NCBI RefSeq assembly: GCF_026571515.1
Contig: NW_026866645.1
Location: 1-64,000, forward strand
DNA: 64,000 nt
From: Ruditapes philippinarum
Taxonomy: Eukaryota
Direction of reading: 5' to 3'
A model generated the notes under the pieces. It was not told the origin of the DNA. It worked only from the letters and a program-made list of their open reading frames with translations, and ran no database searches. Of this stretch, positions 41,754 through 55,411 are shown in pieces. The translations under genes and the position numbers were made by a program. Positions within the stretch are counted from its first letter, which is position 1. Every line of letters starts with the position of its first letter.

Positions 41754-42759
41754 AACAATCAATAACTCCGATTGAACGACACCATGCATATAAGACAATA
41801 AAATCGGGAAACTAATGAACCACCTTATAAGATCCTCAATGGACAGAAAGTTTGAATTTAATCATGTTTGGATGTTTAAATCATATCTCAATTTATTTAG
41901 AATACTTTAAAACATATTAATTTAGTTTGTTTAATTAAATAACACACTTTATGATCAATCGCCGTATAAGAACAACCCAATGTTGTAAAGGTCCCCGGCT
42001 TACATATCTAACCATGATGTTGAAGGTCAAAATATACTTAACCCGCCAAAAATATGACAATTTGCTGATGAAAAATAAAAAATATAAGTAATAACAGTGT
42101 TATTATATTATTAAGTGACCTAAACAAATTTTGACATGACAATGACAAAAGGCAGAAATAAAACTTTTTCACGTTTTTTTTTAACATAACCACTGGCGTC
42201 CGCGCCGAAGCGCGGCGCCCTTTATGGAATGAAATCAGATTTTGTGAAAGGGCGACAGCAACTTCACGAGCCTTTTAGTCGGCCATAATAAAAGCCGATC
42301 ACTCCGATCGGTATGAGGGTTCTTGATTATTATTAATTAAAAATGAAATGTCGCGATATGTACAATGAATAGCGAACTGGAGAATTTCGCAATGCAAACA
42401 TTTTTAAATAAAAAAACCTTCTCCGTCTCTTCGGTTTTTTTTATTTATCATTTTGTAGTACACAGTGGGTTATTATGGTATGTTAAAATAGAATGATGAG
42501 TTGATGACCTAAATTTTACATTCCGAAAATCTATTTATAGAGGGATGTACTCCTATCGGTAATTCGTCTATTTTGACCGGGATTTACTAGTGACCGGCGA
42601 ATAGTATCACAAGTCTCTCCCGGTTTTGGAGTAGATGTTTGATATTGTTACAGAACAGAACAAATATTTACAGATAAATAAGTTTGTTTTTTTTCCAAAA
42701 TGAATGTTTGTCACTTAGTTTGGTTACAATAATTAATAAACATAGATCAACTCTCAAAT
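41754..42759 (+). repeat. Local duplication block A, copy 2
   Basis: Direct repeat of 39877-40886. Confidence 0.92.
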
Positions 42760-43008
42760 TTATTGGTTATTATAATACATTAACATACAATTCGGAAAAA
42801 AACAACAACAGTAGCATGTTTCATTTTATCTTTATGAGATAAAAACAATAAATATGTACAATAATTGAGAAAAAAGTACATTTTTATGGCATTAATATGA
42901 CACTATCAACTTTGAAACATTTTATTTAATTTGTTATTCGTGTTTAGTAAAGATGCCGAGGAATTATTCAAAGTTACAAATTAGATTTTATGAATTATTT
43001 GATTGATT

Positions 43009-43262
43009 GATTTTGTTTGTTTGTTTTGGGTTTTACGTCACATCGACACATTATAGGTCATATCGCGACGTTCCAGCTTTACTGGTGGAGGAAGACCTCA
43101 GGTGCCCTTCCAAACATTATTTCAGGCACGAACGGGAACCTGAGTAGAACCACCGATGTTCCATAAGCTAGCTGGATAGCTTCCTCACATGAAAGAATCC
43201 AAAGTCCCTGTCGGGATTCGAACCCACAGCGGTGAGGGGCAATTGGTTTGAAGTCAACGACC
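43009..43262 (-). mobile_element. tRNA-derived SINE, slightly 5'-truncated, same family as 37187-37473
   Basis: Reverse complement of the first copy. Intact B box GGTTCGAATCC. Flanked by TTTGATTGATT (42998-43008, 43263-43273). Confidence 0.92.
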
Positions 43263-44567
43263 TTTGATTGATTAATAATTTAAAACAAATGATAATTAAA
43301 AGAAAATTACTAATATACATCTACATGGTTTAAGAATAAACAATATCATATATTGAAAGATTAACCATAATTTACTGACTTTTTCCAGTTAAGTTTTGAC
43401 TTTTAATCGTCGGTCAGTATGACAATAACAAGTAATATTCTTATCTCTAGCATGCCAATCAAAGTTCATAATGAACCATGTCTTTCGTCCGTTCATTCCG
43501 GTAAAAACCAATTAACCATTGAAAAGTTTATAAGAATATCTTGTCATCATATGTCTATTAGTTCATCTTCACTTTTTGCATTTCTTGCTTGGACCCCTTT
43601 GATGCTTTGCATCAATTCTTTTCTTGTTTACAATGTAATAGAGCGGCTCAGTGCTCGTGAACTTTTATACAAATTATCTTTTACTCAAATGACCTATACT
43701 GTATTGTCTCTAATATTTCTTTATTAAATCACACTTTGTTTTCCCTAATATAATCTAGATAAAGAATACATACTAGGTTATATATGTAACTCCAGTGATG
43801 TTTTATGAAATGACTAAACTAGATGTTTTTTCTTAAATTTTCATACAGGTCAATGTAGGCATATACCAATAACTTGTGTGCATCATTTTGTGCAACATTT
43901 CAGAGTGTTACCTCACTCAATTTGTCCAAATTTATAATTTTTATTTTTCAGAATCATCTAACAATGAAAAACGTTTAAAAGCCTTTACTTGTTATCAGGC
44001 TGATAAAGCACCAAATAGCCGACCGTTATTTTATGCTGGGTACATTTCTTTATGATATTTTTTCTTTTTTTCATTTTCCCCATTTTCCCAGTAACTGATG
44101 TAAGACAATCAATTGTCACTTTTCTCGAAATTTCGGCCATTGTAGATCGCCTTTAAAGAATATGTATGACCTCTAACATGAGTCTGAACATATATTTGTA
44201 GTATATTTGTACTTTTTACCTAGAAATAACTATACATTTATAATAAATAATTTACTCAGTAACTGTACGTTTGATGTACATTTAACTTATAATAATTATT
44301 TGATATTCAAAGAACCCTATACGTCATTAACTAATATGAAATATTAAATTGATGTACATAAGAACATCTGAAAATAATATTCTTAAATTAATGCATTCAA
44401 TGAACTTAAGTTGTAATTAAATTCTAGTAGAAATCATTGTTAATGAAAGCTTTCTCGATATTTTACCGACAAGTGCCCAATACCTTTCCTTTCTAGAGAA
44501 GAACTAATGACTGTTATTATTACTTATATACGGTCCGTAAGGAATTACTAAATTACTTAACTCATAA

Positions 44568-46108
44568 TCAACTGTTTACAAAATGAAGTACATTTTACAA
44601 TTATACCATAAACAAGTCATTTATACATAGTATTGTATATTATGTATAATGATGTATTGCGGTCAAACGTCCGTTTTATCACGCAATAAAGTTATATGAT
44701 TATCAGATTTTACCAACTTTGATTGTTTACGTTTACCGCATATTTTTATATCTTAAAAGTGCAATTAAATTGTTAAGTGAAAATTGTGTTAGAAAGAAGT
44801 TATCGAGCCTTTTTTATGTCTACAGAAACAGGTTTATCACATTATATGCTCCACCCACATTTTTGAATGTTTTAATTTTTGGTACGTGAGGGTAAATAAT
44901 TTATTTGGCGGTTGATCTAAAGGTTAGGGTTTTTCGCAGAATTCAGTTAAAGAGCAATATAAATTTAAAGTGAATTAGGGATAAGCCTGTCCGTGCTCTG
45001 TCTTGCGCACTGTCCTACTTCTGTTTGGGGTCTTCTTGGGCTTCTTGTTGCTGTGTCGTGTGGGGGTTGCTTTCATTGAACGCCGCCTTTCCTTGTTGAT
45101 ATTGTTTAACAATGTTTAGTGACTGTCTCAGGATGTATGAAGTAAGCTGTCATTAAGGTTATTGGATTCAACATCCTTCCTCTAACTCATCATTTGTAAT
45201 TATAAATAAATGACAAATAAAAAATAACATGTCAGTGTTCTTCCTTGTCCATACATCATTATTACATATCAATTTATCTGATAGAAATATTTCGAGACAT
45301 GAAAAAAACATTCCATATCTTTAATAAGAAATTAACGTTTGGCACGAAATATTCTACATTTCGTGATATCAAAACATACCCTTTCCGTTAATCTTAATTA
45401 TAAGACAAATCAATTTCCCGTATGCAAAAAGTGAAATGTTAACATGACTTTGTCTGTCTTTAATACTTGATATATCCGGCCAATATATATTTATTTTCTA
45501 AAATGTAGACATATAAAAATTTAAATTGAACATTGACATTACATCTCATCAATTGTAAATTTTAGAAGTTCATGTTACAAACATTGGATTCCTGACTGGA
45601 AATATTTGGAGATTTGTATACCATTAAATATAGGTCTGAATAAATATTTGTATGAATGTTTTCAGATCATTTGCCCTATCTCTTTACATTAAATTAAAAG
45701 GTGTTGTACGAAAAACAGAAATTTATTTCAGAATTTTGTATACACAATTATTTAATTGTATAACATGTGAGGTTTAATTACGCGTAAAATGACTGCGAAG
45801 GACTAGCCATCTGTGCAATGCATACCTTAAGAAGAGCTGAACAATAATGCTACCTAGACGAATGTCTTTTTAGTTCTGCGCAGTTGTGGAAATTAAAAGG
45901 GAAGCGTTACGACACAAAAAGTCCATTAGGCCCGTACTAGTAGTACATATTTTATACTGCGACAGGCCGGGTACGCTCCAGTCAATGTCGTAATGTGTGA
46001 GAAATCCGACACCATTGTGTCTTATTTATATATTGTCAGTGTTGCTCGTTATGGTTTATCATAATGCCTTGAAGATTATTAATCATATCCCGATTAAAAG
46101 ATATATAA
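44568..46108 (+). repeat. Local duplication block C plus block B copy 2
   Basis: 45225-46108 matches block B. 44568-45510 matches 50284-51045 in inverted orientation, apart from a ~140-bp insertion at ~44975-45117. Confidence 0.85.
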
Positions 46109-48875
46109 GGTCTGAGATGACCGACGATAAAACATCAAACTTGGGCATCAAATTTACGCTGCCAATTCTAACCAAAATAAGCTTTACTATATAAAAGTTG
46201 GCTATTTAAGTTTTTGAAACCAGAACTATGTCCGCTCAGCACGATACAAAATATCTCAAAAGGAAAATACAAAACTTTTTCAAAGATAAATTTCTTCAAA
46301 ACAACTTGTTTTTCTAGTTTTTCTAGTTTCCAAAAGTCAACAAATGAATACATTGAAATTTAATATGTTTTATGACAGCGCAATGCCAGGTTTTACCATA
46401 TTAAATCATGGTAAACTACAGACAGTTGCAAAGTCTATACTTAACAATTGTCATATATGTTTGTAACCTAACTTAACAATAAAGAATATTATATTGTTGT
46501 GTATGGTATAAATTTTATCAGAGTGAAAAACGGGCATACTACCAAGTCTTTGTTTTGTTCACGTGACATATTTCTGATATTGCTTGTGGAATTTGTAGAC
46601 TTTTTCTTTATGTATACACTATATAATTTTTGAATAATGAATAGAGTGATTGCAAGACACGTCGGTTTAAAATGAAACCATCCACAGTAGGCGTTATTCC
46701 TATTTCTCGTCAGTCTACTTAGTTAACTTGATACATAATAATATGTGTTGATTTAAACCTGATACATCACATCTTATTTAATGTTAAAACTTACACAGAA
46801 TACCGTGAAATATAATAAATGACAATACTTGCTGAATCATGTTACAACTGATTGTTTCTGTTGTTACAGCTTTGAAGTAATTGCTATGAAGTTAGTTTGT
46901 AATTATTAATGTAAATACTTAAGACTTAGTAGTACGAGTTTAATATAAAACGCTGTCCAATTAGTTATAATTACAAAAGCACGAAAACATAACAAGATAA
47001 TAATTTCAACTGTCTTAAGGGATATTCCTTCCCCAGAGTTGATTTTGTTTCAATGTCGCGTATGCACAGGATAGTTTCTATTTTCTTCGGTTGTTTTTCG
47101 TTTAATGAACACAACTTTGTCAGTACAATTTGACTTTTTGTTATAACATTGAATGACTGTTTTCAGTGAATTTACGTTCGTTGTACCTTTCTTTGAATAA
47201 TTGAAAAAAAAAAATAAAAAAACAACAACAATAAAACTAAACAAACAAACAAAAAACAACACTAAAACAATTGTTCACAGTCCTGTTAAATCGTGTTGGG
47301 CATGAGATATGTGTTATTAATTTGCAAAGCTTTAATTGAGGCTAAATATAACTACTAATTTATGCATTTTAAAACAGTAGGGTCAAATATCTCCAACAGG
47401 ATAACACTGATACCTTCTATCTCATATAAACATGACTTATGTGTATTAGCACATTTTTTAAGGTTGATGTTAATGTGATTTTACAATAATGAGTTTCCTT
47501 CTACATGAGGAACATTAAATCATCAGCTAATAAGGTTTATTTGAGCATTTTTTTCTTCTTCACATGAAAACTTTATGATCAAGAAAAATGCGTTCTCTAA
47601 AAGGGGTTAATTTAGTTCAATGTAACGGTAGTTAACGTAATACAAATGACTGACTTAATCCTTTAATAAAAGCCATTCAAACAAATAGTACAAAAAACCT
47701 TTAGCCAAAGACGAATCTGACGAATTTGAAGATAAATTTGTAAATTGTGCATGAACTTTTAAATACTATGAAGCAGAATAATTTAAATACGAGCTGCAAA
47801 ACATCAATATTATCAGCATATTAATTGTGTGAGACATCACAAGAAAAGATTGATTTTTATTACATTTCTCGGCATTTACTTGACAATGTTAATTTAATTT
47901 CTAATCAGTGATAAATGTAAGAGCAACATCAAATACAATGACTTTTTAAAGAAATAGCATGTTGAATATCAGGCTTAAAGCGTACAAAAGGGGGCATTGG
48001 CTCGATTCCGATAACGATCGCATGTGTCTGAAAGTATGCACCAGTTAGGCATCAAAGGTATCATCAGTAATTCAGGGTTTCTGTTTTACTCAAACGCATC
48101 AAATTTCTTAACGAAATTGTATCACATTTTTTAAGAAATAATATGTAGTTTAATAGTATAAAGTGTAACACCAGTACCAGGAGTTAATTCCGAGTATTTT
48201 TTTGGCATCCTAGAATATCCCAGTGGCAATTGCGGAGACCATAGAAAGTATAAATACATGTACGTTCTCGTGGCTGTTTTAAAGATAACAATCATTAAAA
48301 TAAGAAACAGAATCAAAACGTCTCTTTATTCATGAAAAATCTTATTAAATAATCAGGGAAATCCGACAAAAATGAATCAAAATGTGTCAAAAAAACAATG
48401 GAGTTCATTATGCTACATTAGGATAAATGCTGCTTTTATAAAGGTGAATACCTTAAAGTCATAAAGCAACAGTATTATGTGTATTTGAAAAAAGAGCATG
48501 TTTAATTAACAGGGAAATAAAAAGTATCACTTGTAAAAGGGTTGTTATTATTTTGTAAGTTAGTTTTAAGTATATTTACGCCAGGTAATTAATGCCATTG
48601 ACCTTATTTTACTTTCATTTCTCTATTTGCGTGTAGGGAACTATCTATATCTCGTATATGCTGAATTGGTAATTTGTATGATTACAAGAACAACATCATT
48701 TCAGTAAAGTAAAAGCAAAGATATTACCTTGGGTAGAGTAGTATAATTTTCATTATGACTTTATCATTATTATATTTGTTTTAGTTACTAGTATCATGTA
48801 AGAGAATTTGAATAAAATTCACCACAAACGTCAGATTTTAAAAAGGCGTTCTCTTTCACATTTAATTATTTATGT

Positions 48876-49043
48876 ACGTTTCATTGTTTAATGCAGTTCA
48901 CCTAGTTACAAAGTTTAATGTATTTCACCTAGAATATATATGCACGTTACATTGTTAAATGTACTTCACCAACTAGACTGCACGTTGCAATGATTAATGA
49001 ACTTCACCTAGAATATATATACGTTCCAATGTTTAATGTACAA
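48876..49043. repeat. Degenerate minisatellite
   Basis: About 5 units resembling ACGTTNCAWTGTTTAATGTACTTCACCTAG. Confidence 0.7.
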
Positions 49044-50283
49044 TGACTCAATGTCGACAGTGATATAAAATCAACAAGTTTAAAAGAAGCTAACTGACAT
49101 CATTCTCATCAAACATTAAAACATTGAATAACATATACAAAGCTTCAACTTGGAAAAAAACATCTGATATTTGTTTAAACAGCGTCTATCCCGGTAATGT
49201 AATGGATAGACTATCACATAAATAAATACTTTAACGAAAATGTCTTTTTCTAACTTTCTTACTAGACTGGTACATGGTATAGCTAGCAATGACCACATAT
49301 GTCCTATTTCCTCCATTTGTTTTATTATGACTTAATTTGTTAATGTACACATCATGATGTCACAGACCTTACCCTTAAGTGCTTAATGGACATAAAAGAT
49401 GACAGGATCTTTATTAAGTGAAGGTAACATACAAAATTTACAGAAAATTTGAATACTAGTATGTCAGTTACTTATTTTCTGTACGGCTTTATAATCTGAC
49501 AATCACAGCGAAAACAATAAACAATTATTAGACTGCAAAGCCGCCGAGTCTTATATGATTTTGAATAAGATGCAATATTTACTGCAGAATGACATGCTAT
49601 ATTTAGCGAGTCTTCAATAAAGACACAAGTACAAAAAAAAAAAACATTCACTTACACCAGCTTTACACTTCATGACCAATTTTAAATTTCTGGCTTTATT
49701 GCAAAGCATTTTTATTTACATTTTCTTCAAATGGAAAGACAATAATTTCTTATCTTCGTATACAAATAATAGACTGTGCAACTGTTTGTATCTTACCGAG
49801 ATTTAATATCGTGGAACCAGGCTAAAATTAGATCATTAGTAAAGACGTTGTCTCCACCTAAAGAGGTACGGTTTCGGATATGGGCAATCGCATATTCGGT
49901 TAGGTAGCATTTTATTTGGCTCTTCCAAAGGTATACAGTGCACAGCTGGCCAATGTTATTCGCAGCCATTTCACGCGTGATTGAACCTCGCATGCTTAAC
50001 AATTAAACAATTTTAAAATACGTGAAAACAAAATTTTGAACTAATTTCTGTTTTTCGTACATACAACTGTTAACATTAATGTAATAACAAAGAAAGCAAA
50101 TGCATACAAATTATTGATTCAGACCTACATGTAATTGTATGCAAATCTCTAAATATTTCCAGTCCTTGCAGGTATCCAATGTTTGTAAAGGGAAGTTCTA
50201 TTTGTTTTCATTTTACATGAACTTCTCAAATATAAAAGCGATGAGCTGCAATGTCAATATATAATTGAAAATTTTCTCATCAC

Positions 50284-51045
50284 GTCTACAGTTTAGAAAT
50301 ATATATTGCCCGGATATATCAAGTATTAAAGACAGACATGTTAACATTTCACTATAACATACGGGAAAATGATTTGTCTTATAATTAAGATTAACGGAAA
50401 TGGTATGTTTTAATATCACGAAATGTAGAATGTTACGTGCCAAACGTTAATTTACAATAAAAGATATGAAATGTGTTCATGTCTAGAAATACACGTACCT
50501 ATATCAGATAAATTGATCTGTAATATTTATAAGGAAAAGCACTGACATGTTTTTGATTTTATATGTCATCTTTATAATTACAAAAGATGAGTTAGAGGAA
50601 GGATGTTGAATCCAATAATGACAGCTAACGTCATACATTTTGAGACAGTCACTCAAGTCACTTTAATATTATATTGCTCTTTAACTGAATTGTTTGAAAC
50701 CCTTACTTTTAGATTAACTACTGCTAAATAAATTTATTTACCTTCACGTATCAAAAATTAAAACACTAAAATTGTGGGTGGAGCATGTAATGTGATACTT
50801 TGTTTCTGTGACACGAAATAAGGTTCGATAACTTTTTATACAATTTAATTGCACTTTTAAGATATAAACAGTATGTAGTAAACTTACACAAAGTCTGATT
50901 ATCATATAACATGCATGAGTCATAAAACGGACGTAGGGGCATTTGACCTAAATACAACATTATATACATGTATATTATGCAATTATATGTATAAATGTCA
51001 TGTTTATGACATTGTAAAATGAACTTCATTTTGTAAACAGTTAAT
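50284..51045 (-). repeat. Inverted, more diverged copy of 44568-45510
   Basis: e.g. GATGAGTTAGAGGAAGGATGTTGAATCCAATAA is the reverse complement of ~45159-45191. Confidence 0.85.
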
Positions 51046-51210
51046 TATAAATATTTTTTTTAGAAAAAACCTTCCAAACATCATATTGATTTGTGATTAG
51101 TAATCATAACCATCGTAGGTTTGATTCTAGAAAAGGAAAGATGTTCAGTCTTTATGAAACACGGTTCCAGATATGAATATACAAGGCAACAAGAAAAAAT
51201 AACAGAGGAC

Positions 51211-51453
51211 ATTTGAGCCACGCCATGACAAATCCAACATAATGCGTTTGCGACCAGCATAAATCCAGACCAGCCTGCGCATCCGCACAGTCTGGTCAGG
51301 ATCCATGTTGTTCGCTATCATTATCTCTACTTGTTATAGGTTTTATAAGCGAACAGCATGGATCCTGATCAGACTGCGCGGATGCGCAGGCTGGTCTGAA
51401 TCCATGCTGGTCGCAAACGTATTATATTGGTTTTTTCATGGCGATGCTTATTT
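51211..51453. mobile_element. Foldback/palindromic MITE
   Basis: ~105-bp imperfect inverted arms (CGTTTGCGACCAGCAT..CAGACCAGCCTGCGCATCCGC / GCGGATGCGCAGGCTGGTCTG..ATGCTGGTCGCAAACG) around a ~30-bp loop. Confidence 0.88.
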
Positions 51454-53501
51454 TATTTTTCGCCACAAATCAGAAATATCTGGAACAAAAGTGATCACTA
51501 GGAAGCATTAAAAACAGCTTAATGACATAAAATTGCAGACTCGGTTTGACTGAACTGCAGAAGTCTAGCAGGAAGAGAAAATGATATGAGAAACACAAAT
51601 CATTTGTTATATTATGAAATGTGTTACCTCTATATTTTAACTGTGTATTTGTTGGCAAAATTCAAAGTTATAAATATAATAAAAATGAAATAAAGATGAA
51701 ATTTTATGATGAAACCAGGTTGCAAAAGCTCGTCAACACATATCCGTTTTCCATTTAAGTAACCCGAGACATACAATTGTGTTAAGGTGTATTGCGCGTT
51801 AAATTTATAATTTCCTATTAATGTAAAGAGGTTTTACGGGGCAATTTGCATGTTAAGAGTTTCGAAATAGAAAAAAAAATATCAACGAGAATGAACATAT
51901 TTGCGTGATATAAAATGATTGGAATGGCAAAATGAAAAACAAAATTGAATTGCCTCTCTTTTTTTTCATGCAAATAACTGATATTTCTGTTCATTGAATA
52001 TAAAAGCTCAAGTGTAAAATATTTTATAAACGTATGTGTGTGGGAGTCGGGGGTTGGTTGGGTCAGGGAATAATATATGCATCCGTTCAAATATAAAACG
52101 TAACAGTAAATTTGTAATTATACACCTAATTGGAAACTATAGAATATCACAAATGCAATGTTTATAAAAAAAACTGTTAGAAGGACAAAAGCCTGCCGCC
52201 AAAAACTTACCAGCAAATCCGTAGTAAATGTTAAATAACTTGTAGAAGTGCAAGTTCCTAATACAGTTTCGGCTACGTTTAACACACGTAATTCTTTACA
52301 GTCTAAAGATTTCGCCGCACTGATTAATTATTATGCTGACCTAACAATAAATGAGTCCGAGTATTGGAAGGACAACAACAAAAAAAGACAAAAAAAAAAA
52401 TTAACAAAACGATAATCATACCTGATCTTGCTTGATTTACTTAAAGACCATGTAACTCAATTTTTGTTTTATATCATAGATATAATGCCCAAATGAAGAT
52501 TTATCAACATTGTAAGTTCCAAAATCATTATTTGTAAAGATATTACCGAATTTACATTTAATTAATGGAGGTTATTAGAAATTTATTTTCTAAGTCTGAG
52601 TCAAACTTTTCAATAAGAAATAAATGCATATATTTGAATATTTACATATAATTACATATAATATGGACAAATATATATTTGCAGTGCACATCTTACATAT
52701 TCTTCGATGTTTGAAAATTGTTTAAGAGGCATGATTATATACATTTATAAAATTTCACTTAAGTGTGGTTACAACTTTAACAACCTTAATACATACATGA
52801 TCTTGAATTTTCAATTGTTATGAAAATACTAAATGTCCTCGAACAAACATCGTTCATACAGTGGATCAAATAATATAAGATATTAAGAAATTGATTAGAA
52901 ATTATAACGAATACTCTACCTTCGTCACATTAAAATGTAACGACTTAAGTAATACGATTTTTTCAGGTGCATTTACAATGTTATACAAAACATTTGAATT
53001 TACTCTTATTATTGCATTTAGAGAACCTTACATAACAAAACTTAATTTATTGCAAAATAAATGTTTTTATGGTCACTTACAAGTTTGATGGTGGGTTTCA
53101 TTAGGTCTTTAGTCATAGGTCGAAATATATTGGGTTCGAAAAAGCCGTACTAGTAAGTACACTAAGTTTATCGTTATGAGTAAATACAATGTGATAATTT
53201 ATGCTGATTAAGTCCGCCATTTTAGAAGAAGAAATAATTCATAACAATTTTCAATAAATTGCTTTAATGCACGGTAATTATACTTTATTTGATCGCTCAT
53301 TAGTCCAGGAAGGTTACAACTGATCCGGCAATAGCTGACACTGTAGGAATGTTTACCACAGTTTGGTATTTTGACCGTCTTTGTTTTCACGTTTTGTAAA
53401 CAAAGGAATTTGTGTATTGGACTACGCTTTGCGATTGGATTACTGCATAATGTGTATAAAGACAACGATGGTTGATTAACTCTTCAATTCTATGGTGAAA
53501 A

Positions 53502-54089
53502 ATGTGTATACTAATATTAGGAACATCTCACATACACTGGTTGGAACGATTTCTTCGACAAAAGGGCAACAATAACAATGTTTTTAACGTTGGTGGCGAT
53601 GCTAGCCCAGAAGTACATTTCCGAAGTATAAGTGGAGGAAAAATTTGTAATAAACACCACGTTAACTGTTGGGAACTGAGTATATCAGAACTGCGTCCAA
53701 AATATTTAATAATTCAATTAGGTGGAAACGATATTGATTCGTCTAAAATGGACAGTGCATCATTAGAACTTCTGGTTTTGCGAATAGTGAACATTTTCGC
53801 AACATTTCAAGTTCGATACAACATTGCGGAGGTTGTGGTGTTGCAGTTCATTCCAAGACCTAGGCCACGTTATATATCGGGAGATACCTATGGTGAATTG
53901 GTGCACAAAGCCAATATCATGCTCAAAGGGGAGCTATCAAAATTTCCTCGAATACTTTATTGGAAGATCAAGGGAATAAAAAATCCAACAACAAACATCT
54001 TTAGAGACGGTGTTCATTTGAATTTTGCTGGCATGATAAGATATTACAAAAACATTCGTGGAGCTGTTTTGAAGCTATTAAAATCATAA
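53502..54089 (+). CDS. SGNH/GDSL-fold hydrolase (esterase), intronless, 195 aa
   Basis: Block I ILGTSH, block II ISGG, block III QLGGND, block V RDGVHL. Ser/Asp/His triad and oxyanion Gly/Asn are present. Confidence 0.88.
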   Translation: MCILILGTSHIHWLERFLRQKGNNNNVFNVGGDASPEVHFRSISGGKICNKHHVNCWELSISELRPKYLIIQLGGNDIDSSKMDSASLELLVLRIVNIFATFQVRYNIAEVVVLQFIPRPRPRYISGDTYGELVHKANIMLKGELSKFPRILYWKIKGIKNPTTNIFRDGVHLNFAGMIRYYKNIRGAVLKLLKS

Positions 54090-54528
54090 TTTCCTGATCA
54101 AGTACGTGATAAGTACATACCAACAAGTGAAATGTGGAAAACTGTGGATCTCAAGTGAAGACGACAAATATATACTTTACATTTTAGTCCCAAAGTGAAC
54201 TTAAGACGTATACTAATTTTGGTTGAATGTGATAGTTATAGTATCAAATTATTTGAAGGACTATGTTTGCACATTTACTTGACAATTTCTAGCGAAATGT
54301 TTGTTTTTTATTACACACATAATGTTTGTGCATATAATGCTTTTATTGATGGCTTTGATGTAGTTAGTTTTTAATGATGCCTTAATTTTAAGGTGGTTTA
54401 TTCGACTTTAGTGGTAAAGTTCGTAAGATTTAACAGTTTGTTAAAGTCCTTAATTGTAAGGATATTTTAGTTTAAACACGCCTTAATTTTAAGGTAGTTG
54501 TTTAATGCTAAATAGTTTTTAGTTACAT

Positions 54529-55310
54529 ACACCTTAATTGTAAGGTGACAATTTTCAAAAGAGTTGAAAATATTTTCTAAGTTAATGTTCCTTAATTTTA
54601 AGGAATATGAGCTATAGCTTTACACCTTAATTGTAAGGTGACACCTTAATTGTAAGGTGACAATTTTCAAAGGAGTTGAAATCATTTTCTAAGTTAATGT
54701 TCCTTAATTTTAAGGAATATGAGCTATAGCTTTACACCTTAATTGTAAGGTGACACCTTAATTGTAAGGTGACAATTTTCAAAAGAGTTGAAATTATTTT
54801 CTAAGTTAATGTTCCTTAATTTTAAGGAATATGAGCTATAGCTTTACACCTTAATTGTAAGGTGACACCTTAATTGTAAGGTGACAATTTTCAAAGGAGT
54901 TGAAATCATTTTCTAAGTTAATGTTCCTTAATTTTAAGGAATATAAGCTATAGCTTTACACCTTAATTGTAAGGTGACACCTTAATTGTAAGGTGACAAT
55001 TTTCAAAAGAGTTGAAATTGTTTTCTAAGTTAATGTTCCTTAATTTTAAGGAATATGAGCTATAGCTTTACACCTTAATTGTAAGGTGACACCTTAATTG
55101 TAAGGTGACAATTTTCAAAAGAGTTGAAATTAATTTCTAAGTTAATGTTCCTTATTTTTAAGGAATATGAGCTATAGCTTTACACCTTAATTGTAAGGTG
55201 ACACCTTAATTGTAAGGTGACGATTTTCAAAAGAGTTGAAATTGTTTTCTAAGTTAATGTTCCTTAATTTAAAGGAATATGAGCTATAGCTTTACACCTT
55301 AATTGTAAGG
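54529..55310. repeat. Tandem array, 7 x 112 bp, built from palindromes
   Basis: Unit starts at 54529, 54641, 54753, 54865, 54977, 55089 and 55201. Each unit has three CCTTAATTKTAAGG-type motifs. Three more motif copies lie at ~54380-54495. Confidence 0.97.
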
Positions 55311-55341
55311 TTGTCAGAATAATCACAGTTTTACTGTACAT

Positions 55342-55343
<2 letters not shown>

Positions 55344-55378
<35 letters not shown>
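55344..55378. repeat. Poly(T) tract, ~35 nt
   Basis: Seen directly. Confidence 0.9.
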
Positions 55379-55382
<4 letters not shown>

Positions 55383-55411
55383 CGAGTCAGCGATATACCG
55401 AAGTGTATCAT

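Noticed and set aside
53502-54089. Bacterial contamination or recent horizontal transfer of the intronless hydrolase
   Set aside because: Base composition matches the host, there is no operon context, and carriage by a retroelement explains the lack of introns. Only a phylogeny would fully exclude it.
54380-55310. CRISPR array
   Set aside because: Sequences between the palindromes are themselves repeated rather than unique spacers; no cas genes; eukaryotic context.
55344-55378. Poly(A) tail of a minus-strand retrocopy
   Set aside because: No TSD or recognisable retroposed body identified.
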